A stretch of 22,952 nucleotides of DNA, taken from NCBI GenBank assembly GCA_016839515.1, contig JAEOUE010000117.1, positions 1-22,952 on the forward strand. Direction: 5' to 3'. Source of the stretch: Candidatus Hodarchaeum mangrovi (GTDB lineage Archaea; Asgardarchaeota; Heimdallarchaeia; Hodarchaeales; Hodarchaeaceae). The translations under genes were made by a program, and so were the position numbers. The notes beneath the pieces were generated by a model, which did not search any database, was not told where the DNA came from, and saw only the letters and a list, made by a program, of their open reading frames with translations. Below are positions 1-8,058 of this stretch, in pieces (the first letter of the stretch is position 1; every line of letters begins with the position of its first letter).

Positions 1-219
1 GCTCTAGTTTTAAATCATGTTTTATATCAATCCCAACTCATCCCTCGATGGTTATCAGGTTGGGGTCTTGTAGGTGCTATTCTAATGATCACAGGGTATT
101 TGATACAATTATTCATAATCGATCCTGGAGATATTTTATTTATTCCAATAGCACTGCAGGAAATGGCTTTTGCTGTATGGCTTATAGCTAAAGGATTTAA
201 TCTATCCATTAATACATAA
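1..219 (+). CDS. DUF4386-like membrane protein, C-terminal part (5'-truncated by window edge)
   Basis: Not in the ORF track. Frame 1 reads ALVLNHVLYQSQLIPRWLSGWGLVGAIL...PIALQEMAFAVWLIAKGFNLSINT* with TAA at 217-219. The LIPRWLSxWG and QEMxxAVWLIxKGF motifs match my recollection of DUF4386, which often lies next to MDR dehydrogenases. Confidence 0.75.
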   Translation, partial: ALVLNHVLYQSQLIPRWLSGWGLVGAILMITGYLIQLFIIDPGDILFIPIALQEMAFAVWLIAKGFNLSINT

Positions 220-245
220 TAATAATTAAATTTGAGGTTGAATAA

Positions 246-1202
246 ATGGAAAATAGAGATAAAATGAAAGCAGTTGTATGTACAAAATATGGCCCCCCAG
301 AAGTTCTCCAAATTAAAGAGATATCTAAACCAATTCCCAAGGACAATGAAGTCCTAATAAAAATTTTTGCGACAACAGTGCACAGAGGGGATTCTAGAAT
401 GCGTGGTTTCGATATTCCAGGTCCTCGCTGGCAATTACTTCTCGCACGCCTGTTTTTAGGAATTAGAGGACCGCGAAAAGCAATCCTTGGTATGGAACTT
501 GCTGGGGAAATTGAAGCAGTAGGCAAAGAGGTTCAACAGTTCAAAAAGGGTGATAAAGTTTATGCCTCAACAGTTTGGTCTGGTTTTGGAGGATATGCTG
601 AGTACAAATGTATGGCAGAAGATGGAGCAGTGGCATTAAAGCCCTCTAATATGACCTTTGAGGAAGCTACAGTTATTCCTTCTGGGGGAATTACTACATT
701 AGGTATTATAAAACAAGCAGACATACAGAGTGGACAGAAAGTTTTAATTTATGGAGCCTCTGGTAGTGTGGGTTCCTTTGCGGTTCAACTCGCCAAAATT
801 TATTATGGAGCAGAAGTTACTGGAGTTTGTAGTAGTGCAAATTTAGAACTAGTAAAATCATTAGGGGCAGATAGGGTGATTGATTATACTAAAGAGGACT
901 TTACTCAAAGCGACGAAACCTATGATGTAATCTTTGACGCGGTAGATAAATATTCGGGTGATTTTAAGAAATCTTTAAAGAATACAGGAATCTATCTCAA
1001 CGTGGATAAAAATTCGGATAAAATAAAGAAAAAAAATGTTAATTCCCTACTCAAAGAACTCACAGAGTTGATAGAGGCTGGGAAGCTCAAAGCAGTGATT
1101 GATAGAACCTATCCAATGGAACAGATTGTCGAGGCCCATCGTTACGTTGATACATGGCGAAAGAAAGGTAATGTAGTCATTACTATGAAACCCAATGATT
1201 AA
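246..1202 (+). CDS. NAD(P)-dependent medium-chain dehydrogenase/reductase (quinone oxidoreductase-like, Zn-independent)
   Basis: Motifs [35 protein letters not shown], Rossmann [20 protein letters not shown] and C-terminal KKGNVVI. No structural-Zn Cys cluster. GAGGT lies upstream; alternative start ATG at 264. Confidence 0.92.
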   Translation: MENRDKMKAVVCTKYGPPEVLQIKEISKPIPKDNEVLIKIFATTVHRGDSRMRGFDIPGPRWQLLLARLFLGIRGPRKAILGMELAGEIEAVGKEVQQFKKGDKVYASTVWSGFGGYAEYKCMAEDGAVALKPSNMTFEEATVIPSGGITTLGIIKQADIQSGQKVLIYGASGSVGSFAVQLAKIYYGAEVTGVCSSANLELVKSLGADRVIDYTKEDFTQSDETYDVIFDAVDKYSGDFKKSLKNTGIYLNVDKNSDKIKKKNVNSLLKELTELIEAGKLKAVIDRTYPMEQIVEAHRYVDTWRKKGNVVITMKPND

Positions 1203-2353
1203 GCCAACGAACTCGAATTATTATTTTCCAAATACTCCTGTAATCGAATGGTTAGGTATTTTAGTTCTAAGAATTTAAAGTACTGCTCAAATTGTTCATA
1301 AGCGTGATAAATATCTTGAAAAAAGCCGAGTAATGACATTTTATCCTCGCCTATCTCGATCTGCTGTGTCATTTTGATTAGATTGCTGATTTTTTTTTTC
1401 ATCTCAATTGCATAACCTATATTTATCTGCAATCTATTGATCGTTCTAGCATCCCAAGATTGAACAATCATGTAATATTTTTTTCGATCGCCAGATTTCT
1501 TGATAATTTGAATCATTTTCATGTTTAATAAAGATTTCAAAGTTTCTGAGATTATACTCCTTTGAAAACCGGTCGCATGTTCCAGTTCTTCTTGAGTCAA
1601 AGGTCGATTTTCTAATAATAATTCGGTACCAAGTATGGTTCTAGCAATCGCGGTTTGTGATCGTGCTGAGGTTAAATTTTCTCTAAATTTTGTGTAGAAC
1701 TTATTTTTGAGTTCAATATAGATTTTAAATAATTTTTTATCTTCCATATGTTGAATCAAGTCTGTTTTTGGTATTTTGGAAAAATTAAATAGACTTTTAA
1801 TGTATTTTTGGTTTTCAGGGGAATTCACAAGATCAACGTTAATTAAATCATTAATATCAATTTTTCCTTTCTTAATAAAATTATTAAACTCTTCAGCTGT
1901 TTCTGTTAGTAGACTGATATAGATAGAGGCATATTTATAGGAATTTTTAAGAAATTCTTCGAAATTTTGAAATTTCTGATGTTTTTTAATATGTGGTTGA
2001 ATCTCTTCAATTAATGGAAGAATAAAATCCGCCTTATCTGTATATACATCTATTAACATCCTTAGAAACGTAATCATGAACTCTCTTGTCGGAATATTTA
2101 TTGAATAGTATTTTTTCCTCATTTTTGGTTTTTTAATTAGAATTAAAGGGAAATTAAGTTGAAGAAGTTTTAGCATTTGGGAAATTGTTGTTTTAGAATA
2201 ACTTGTAAGTTTCTGTATTTTATCTTGTGTTGTAGGCTTCTGTTCTACAAACACTGCCATCATACAGCCAAAATAATTTTTAGGAAAAAGAAGACCAGTG
2301 TGTTTCTCTTCCATAACGTTAATAAAATCTTTCTTTATATCAATAATGTTCAT
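1199..2353 (-). CDS. Transcriptional regulator with two tandem GbsR/MarR-like winged HTH repeats
   Basis: Two homologous segments: [25 protein letters not shown]...[10 protein letters not shown] and [25 protein letters not shown]...[10 protein letters not shown]. The GDRKxYY wing is typical of the GbsR family. Its stop codon overlaps the convergent MDR stop (TTAA 1199-1202). Confidence 0.75.
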   Translation of the reverse strand: MNIIDIKKDFINVMEEKHTGLLFPKNYFGCMMAVFVEQKPTTQDKIQKLTSYSKTTISQMLKLLQLNFPLILIKKPKMRKKYYSINIPTREFMITFLRMLIDVYTDKADFILPLIEEIQPHIKKHQKFQNFEEFLKNSYKYASIYISLLTETAEEFNNFIKKGKIDINDLINVDLVNSPENQKYIKSLFNFSKIPKTDLIQHMEDKKLFKIYIELKNKFYTKFRENLTSARSQTAIARTILGTELLLENRPLTQEELEHATGFQRSIISETLKSLLNMKMIQIIKKSGDRKKYYMIVQSWDARTINRLQINIGYAIEMKKKISNLIKMTQQIEIGEDKMSLLGFFQDIYHAYEQFEQYFKFLELKYLTIRLQEYLENNNSSSLA

Positions 2354-2474
2354 AATATGTCATAAACTTTCACAAACTAGTATAAATACTTTTCTGAATT
2401 TTTGTGTTTTTATGAAAATATTTATAAAGTTCAAAATTTAGTATCATTTGACCTGCTCGAATCACATATAAAAA

Positions 2475-3923
2475 GTGATTCAGATTTATAAATACGTAAA
2501 CAAGGTCTTGCAGCACATGCTAGAAATAATAAAACTTAAGAAAACTGTAAGAAAGGTTAGTCCTTTAGAACGTATATTTAATCGATCCCCTTATGCGATC
2601 GTTACAATGATAGCTCGGATAAAAGGTAATATTTCTGAAAATTTACTAAGAGATGCTCTTAATAAAGTCCGACAGAGACATATGAACCTCAGGGTTCGAA
2701 TATATGAAGATGAAGAGCATAATCTATGGTTCACACCTGAAGGGGTTAAAGAAATCCCAATAGAAATCATAACAAGAAAATCGGATGATCACTGGATTGA
2801 TATATATCATAATGCTAGCAAAATTCCTTTTGAGTTTGAGAAACGTCCTGCTATTCGGTTTATTCTAGTACAATCTCCAGAAATATCTGAATTAATTATT
2901 ATATGTCATCATATTATATGCGACGGAATGTCATTGGCATACCTTGCAAGAGATATAATGATGTATCTTGGGGACCCATCTAGAGAAGTTGAAGTATTAC
3001 CCGACCCACTTCCAGTTGATTTAAATAATTTCCCTCGAGATATTTCCATTAATTTTATTGTAAAATTTTTTATTAATAGAATCAATAAGAATTGGAAAAA
3101 GGAGGAAATTTACTTTGATCAAGATGATTACAAAAGTCTGAGTAAAGCTTATTGGCAAAGGTACAGTCATAAAATCCTCCTAATTGAGCTTTCCAAAGGA
3201 CAAACTTCTGCATTAGTGGACAGATGCAGGAAAGAGAGGGTTACAGTAAATACTGCATTAGCTACTGCGTTTGCAGGTGCTCAATCTATTATAAAGGATG
3301 GCAAAGTCAATCCAAATATGGCTATTGCTGGTAATGTTAGAGATCGTCTTTTGCAACCTACAGGGGAATCTATGGGATATTTTGCTAGTGGTGTTAACTT
3401 CAAGTTTAAGTATGATAAAAAATCCTCCTTCTGGGAAAATACTCGAAATCTTCAGAAAAGAGTTAAACCGCTTTATTCAAACAAAAATCTATTCAAAGAG
3501 CTTATTACTTGGTGTCATCTTGAACCAGGCATTATGGAATCGCTTAGTTACAAGATGTTAGGAGGACTCATCCCATCAGATTCTTCACGGTACCATAAAC
3601 TATCAACATTCAGCAAACGAAATGATGTAGTCTTCTCGATTCTTAAAAGAGAAAAAATGGACTCATTAGAAAAGCCTTTCCTAGGAACTGCTATAACAAA
3701 TCTTACACGTTTAGATTTCCCGCAAATATATGGTACATTAGAATTAGATCGTTTAATCATGAATCCTGGTGGTATGTTTCCTTTAGCATTGGTTGATTTA
3801 GTGATAGGAGCCGTGACATGTTCTGAAAAACTAAGTTTATTACTAGAGTACGTAGAAGAGACTGTTGATACCATTACTATTGAAAAAATAAAAGAAAAGG
3901 CAATGGAGTTATTGCTAAAATAA
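2475..3923 (+). CDS. Stand-alone condensation-domain / CoA-dependent acyltransferase (HHxxxDG; PapA5/alcohol acetyltransferase-like)
   Basis: Catalytic CHHIICDGMS, N-terminal SPLER, ALNKVRQRHMNLR, CRKERVTVNTAL and TNLTRL. The true start may be ATG 2517. Confidence 0.82.
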   Translation: MIQIYKYVNKVLQHMLEIIKLKKTVRKVSPLERIFNRSPYAIVTMIARIKGNISENLLRDALNKVRQRHMNLRVRIYEDEEHNLWFTPEGVKEIPIEIITRKSDDHWIDIYHNASKIPFEFEKRPAIRFILVQSPEISELIIICHHIICDGMSLAYLARDIMMYLGDPSREVEVLPDPLPVDLNNFPRDISINFIVKFFINRINKNWKKEEIYFDQDDYKSLSKAYWQRYSHKILLIELSKGQTSALVDRCRKERVTVNTALATAFAGAQSIIKDGKVNPNMAIAGNVRDRLLQPTGESMGYFASGVNFKFKYDKKSSFWENTRNLQKRVKPLYSNKNLFKELITWCHLEPGIMESLSYKMLGGLIPSDSSRYHKLSTFSKRNDVVFSILKREKMDSLEKPFLGTAITNLTRLDFPQIYGTLELDRLIMNPGGMFPLALVDLVIGAVTCSEKLSLLLEYVEETVDTITIEKIKEKAMELLLK

Positions 3924-3969
3924 TTCTTACAAGAGTGTGGTTATAACATCATCCAAACTATCAAATTCC

Positions 3970-3997
3970 AAAGTGGTTAAAATAAAGTGGTTAAAAT
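3970..3997. repeat. Perfect 14-bp tandem direct repeat AAAGTGGTTAAAAT x2
   Basis: Copies at 3970-3983 and 3984-3997, in the gap between convergent genes. A degenerate third copy (AGTGTGGTTATAAC) is at about 3934-3947. Confidence 0.8.
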
Positions 3998-4015
3998 AAT
4001 GACTAAAACAATAAT

Positions 4016-5350
4016 TCAAACTTTGGATAATAAATCTAAGAAAGCATTTTCTAATACCTTATCACTACCTCTAACACCTGTAGCTATAAAAGATTCATAA
4101 TTTTTTTCTCTAAATCCATAATCAGTAGGAATATAGCTTAAATAACCATTAGTATGACCTACTATGATTACATTTGGGTCATTAGAATACTTCTTGACAT
4201 TTAATGCTATTGCCGAATAAATCTCAAAAGGAGCAAATAAAAATTTTATATTTCCGATTCTAAGAGCTTGTAAAGGCACTTTAGCTGTTTGATTAGCGAA
4301 TATCATCTGTTCTTTTTTACTCAAAGCAGCAATTCGTGTTCGAAAAAGTGCTCCTTTTGCATTATCCTCCAATTTTTTGACATAAGCAGACTCAAGATTG
4401 CTATTTCTTGCGTTCTCAAGCAATTTATTTGCTTCTTCTAATTTTTGTTTTTCAATGTGTAGGTCAGTTATTTGGTTTATATGCAGCTCCATTTCACTAT
4501 TAATGAAATTAATATCCATTTCTGTAAATTTCGTTAATAATTCAGCTGATTTAACTATTTCTAAACCTAATATTCGACCTAGTCTATCAACTTCTGCAAA
4601 ACTATTTTCTTTTCGTGTAAAGCGAGTTGAAACATCTCCTAATGCTCCTGATGTATAAATGATTCGTATATTATTCCCCATAATTTGTTTAACTAGAGCT
4701 TTTGAGGCCCCAACTAGATCACCACTAACTAATTTTGTTGCAGGAGGGCCTACAGTGGGATGTACATTAAAATTAGTCATCAATATAGGAGCAGATCCAT
4801 TTTCAGGCTTAAATCTCACAACAGAGAGTTCCTTATCAATAGGTCCATTAATTGGATCATTTCTGTTAAGCGCTATACCTTCAATAATATCTTTACCAAA
4901 ACCAACTTTACAGGGGATCATGTTTTGATTAGCTATTTCGGATGCAGCAGAAATTAAGGTAACTAAACGTTCTCTCCTTGGTTTGGTTTCTTGTCGTAAT
5001 GCATCAGGGTCGTCTCCTGGCATTACGACCATTGGAAATTCATTTGGACTAGCATCAGGAATGGTGGTAGGTGAGCAGTGAGGATGATTTGTACCAATTG
5101 CTATATTTTCAGTTTGTATGCCAGTTCTTTTTTCGATAGCCCTTTTAATTTCATTCGCTAGTTGGTTGTCGATTATCCATTCATCCAGCATTATAACTGA
5201 ACATATTAGATCAGGGATCTCCATTATTAGAACAGTAGCGAAGATTGGGTCTCTAACACCTTCAACTCGCTTATCATAATACCAATAACCACCCATCATG
5301 TCACCTATCTTAGGAGTAATATCCACAGCATGAGTACCTATCAATAACAC
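4016..5350 (-). CDS. Neutral/alkaline non-lysosomal ceramidase-like Zn amidohydrolase
   Basis: N-terminal VDITP...MGGY...GVRDPIFA, metal motif NHPHCSP (THTHSGP-like), NVHPT, GALGDVS, PFEIY and NGYLSYIPT...YE. GTG start with GAGGA upstream. Substrate unknown. Confidence 0.78.
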   Translation of the reverse strand: MLLIGTHAVDITPKIGDMMGGYWYYDKRVEGVRDPIFATVLIMEIPDLICSVIMLDEWIIDNQLANEIKRAIEKRTGIQTENIAIGTNHPHCSPTTIPDASPNEFPMVVMPGDDPDALRQETKPRRERLVTLISAASEIANQNMIPCKVGFGKDIIEGIALNRNDPINGPIDKELSVVRFKPENGSAPILMTNFNVHPTVGPPATKLVSGDLVGASKALVKQIMGNNIRIIYTSGALGDVSTRFTRKENSFAEVDRLGRILGLEIVKSAELLTKFTEMDINFINSEMELHINQITDLHIEKQKLEEANKLLENARNSNLESAYVKKLEDNAKGALFRTRIAALSKKEQMIFANQTAKVPLQALRIGNIKFLFAPFEIYSAIALNVKKYSNDPNVIIVGHTNGYLSYIPTDYGFREKNYESFIATGVRGSDKVLENAFLDLLSKV

Positions 5351-5365
5351 ATTTATTCCTCATTA

Positions 5366-6040
5366 TTATTGTTTTAATGGCAAAATTTGAGATAGATTTT
5401 CCTTATCTCGTTTTGGATTAGGAATGATTTTGTAGGGTATTCGTGAAGATTGATTTCTCACAACTAATATCCCAAATCCTTCTCTTTTGACTTTCTCATA
5501 ATCATGAGTACTATTTGCTAAATAAATTGCGATAAAAATCAGGGGAAGTTTCCCGACATTAACTACCCGGTGGCCAAATCCAGGAGATATATAAGCTATT
5601 GAACTTTCTGTAATATACATTGGATGAATGATTCTCGTTTTCTGGTTTTCTAAAATGAGAATCCCTTCCCCTTCTTGGCAGAAGTATATCTCTGCTTCAT
5701 TAGGGCCATGAAAATGTCCTTTGGTCATATAAAATTCATTTCCAATCAATCCGGGATTTATCTGTGTCCATCCTAGATTAAGTTCTCCTACAACTTTTGG
5801 TCGTTCAATATCGCAAAATGAATAAATTTCAGGATCATTTCCTTTTTCTAAGATCTTTTTTACAGTGTTTTCATCGTAAAAGTATTCTTTTAAATCACTT
5901 AATTTCCTAACACTCTTTTTTGTATAAAAACTTAATTCTTTTAACGTTTTATTAAATTTCACCACAAATGGTGATAAATTTGAGTCTTTCATTAAATAAA
6001 TTTCATCCAAGAATCTTTTTTTTGATTGAGTTATCACCAT
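5366..6040 (-). CDS. pgiA: Cupin-type (archaeal) glucose-6-phosphate isomerase family protein
   Basis: PGLIGNEFYMTKGHFH...AEIY...EGEG...PGFGHRVVNVG...HDYE matches the cupin PGI family with metal ligands H-H-E-H. Start could be the internal ATG (MKDSN). Confidence 0.85.
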   Translation of the reverse strand: MVITQSKKRFLDEIYLMKDSNLSPFVVKFNKTLKELSFYTKKSVRKLSDLKEYFYDENTVKKILEKGNDPEIYSFCDIERPKVVGELNLGWTQINPGLIGNEFYMTKGHFHGPNEAEIYFCQEGEGILILENQKTRIIHPMYITESSIAYISPGFGHRVVNVGKLPLIFIAIYLANSTHDYEKVKREGFGILVVRNQSSRIPYKIIPNPKRDKENLSQILPLKQ

Positions 6041-6417
6041 TCACTGATTTTTTCCTTATTTAAATATAATTTCCTATCTATTAAGATAATAGTTTAATAA
6101 ATTACTAAATTAGTCTCAACTTCTCCTTACTGTTGAACATCCATAAAAAGATGTGAAGAAGGAAAATAAAGATTGCTTTTTAAAATTCAAATGATTTAAC
6201 TTTGTTCAATAATCGCAGGATTTAAATGGGAATATTGAGCTCCAGCTATTAATTCAGAATAAAAACTTCTGCAGGATGAAGATTGAGAGAAACTAAGATT
6301 ATTCTAATTAAAGAATATTAAATAAGGAATATTATCTTTCAACTGCAAAATAGATTTAATCGTTAGAAAGTAAGTGACACTTAAATCAATTTCTAATTAG
6401 TTGGTAGGTTTAATACT

Positions 6418-6750
6418 TTGATTACTTGGGATGATTTTAAAAAAATAGATATTCGGGTAGGAACAATAATTGAAATCAAGAAATTTGATATGGCAAGAAA
6501 ACCTGCCTTTAAACTTAAAATTGATTTTGGACCGTTGGGAATAAAAAAATCTTCTGCACAAATTACCACGCTATATTCTGAATCAGAATTATTACAAAAA
6601 CAAGTACTGGCAGTTATAAATTTCCCTCCCAAACAAATCGCCAACTTTTTGTCTGAAGTCTTAGTTTTAGGTCTGATAAACGAAAAAAATAATGAAGTTA
6701 TTTTACTACAACCCGATCGTAAGGTGGAAAATGGATTGAGAGTTGCTTAA
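6418..6750 (+). CDS. csaA: CsaA tRNA-binding / export-related chaperone (OB fold)
   Basis: ITWDDFKKIDIRVGTI, ARKPAFKLKIDFGPLGIKKSSAQIT, VINFPPKQIANFLSEVLVLG. TTG start with GGTAGG upstream. Confidence 0.93.
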   Translation: MITWDDFKKIDIRVGTIIEIKKFDMARKPAFKLKIDFGPLGIKKSSAQITTLYSESELLQKQVLAVINFPPKQIANFLSEVLVLGLINEKNNEVILLQPDRKVENGLRVA

Positions 6751-6800
6751 AGTAATAAAGAATTGTAATTTATTTTTCTTCTTTACTGATTCTTATAATT

Positions 6801-7373
<573 letters not shown>

Positions 7374-7501
7374 TTAAGATAATGAAAAATTTGTGTTATT
7401 AGGATATATAATTACTTTAATATGATCTTTTTTTGAGTCATTACAACTGTATTGCCTGTTTCACAATCAAAATTTCAACTAGAGCGTGGATTTATAAGAG
7501 T

Positions 7502-7515
7502 AATTTAGCTAAATT
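7502..7515. promoter_or_regulatory. Perfect 14-bp palindrome AATTTAGCTAAATT, possible operator
   Basis: Self-complementary. Lies in the divergent cbrC/Roadblock intergenic region, just after a TATA-like TTTATAA at 7491-7497. Confidence 0.35.
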
Positions 7516-7547
7516 CTTATCGTGATTTAATCTGAATATTAATTCAA

Positions 7548-7563
7548 TCTAAAAATTTTTAGA
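7548..7563. promoter_or_regulatory. Perfect 16-bp palindrome TCTAAAAATTTTTAGA, possible operator
   Basis: Self-complementary, about 90 bp upstream of the Roadblock gene. AT-rich, so chance occurrence is possible. Confidence 0.35.
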
Positions 7564-7649
7564 AGAAAATTGATATTTTATTTGTAAAACTCATTATCCA
7601 AACTGATTGGTTACCCTTTTATTAGATAAGGACTTTGAAGGGATTTTAA

Positions 7650-8042
7650 TTGGATGATTCAGTGAAAAATACTATTCAGAAGGTCATTGAAGAGACGTTT
7701 GAACAAAATGCCCAGATTATGATGATTTCACTATCCGATGAAACAGGATTGCCAATATCAACTTATTCGAAGGATGAGGATGGGAAAATTTCTGAAATTA
7801 ATGATTATGGTATTACAAACCGATATGCCGCGTTAGCAGGAGCTAGTACAACCTTAGGAGAACGAACTCTGTCTACTATTTCTCAACAAGAAAGAGTAAG
7901 ATTAATTCATGTTCAAGGAAAAGACCGCGATGTAGCAATTTCTGTATCACCTCAAATGATCTGTCTAGTAGTGACCTACCCAAGCGGGAGTTCCAATCTT
8001 ATTGCAGAAAAATTGAGTTCCCAATTGAAATCAGTATTATAG
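7650..8042 (+). CDS. Roadblock/LC7 (LAMTOR2/MglB-like) domain protein
   Basis: 130 aa with Roadblock topology: N-helix, ISLSDETGLPIS strand, helix RYAALAGASTTLGERTL, strands LIHVQGKD/VAISV/ICLVVT and a C-helix. Start is TTG 7650 or GTG 7662. Confidence 0.85.
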   Translation: MDDSVKNTIQKVIEETFEQNAQIMMISLSDETGLPISTYSKDEDGKISEINDYGITNRYAALAGASTTLGERTLSTISQQERVRLIHVQGKDRDVAISVSPQMICLVVTYPSGSSNLIAEKLSSQLKSVL

Positions 8043-8058
8043 CAGGAGATCATTCACA

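Noticed and set aside
27-526. Minus-strand ORFs 27-311 and 209-526
   Set aside because: Antisense shadows of the DUF4386-like and MDR genes, with no recognisable motifs.
1390-1399. T10 homopolymer (A10 in the regulator CDS) as a phase-variation site
   Set aside because: The frame is intact (MKKKI), and such runs are expected in AT-rich, Lys-rich genes.
2177-4957. Short ORFs 2177-2365, 3298-3561, 3548-3874, 4398-4658, 4659-4928 and 4760-4957
   Set aside because: Nested in or antisense to well-supported genes; no motifs.
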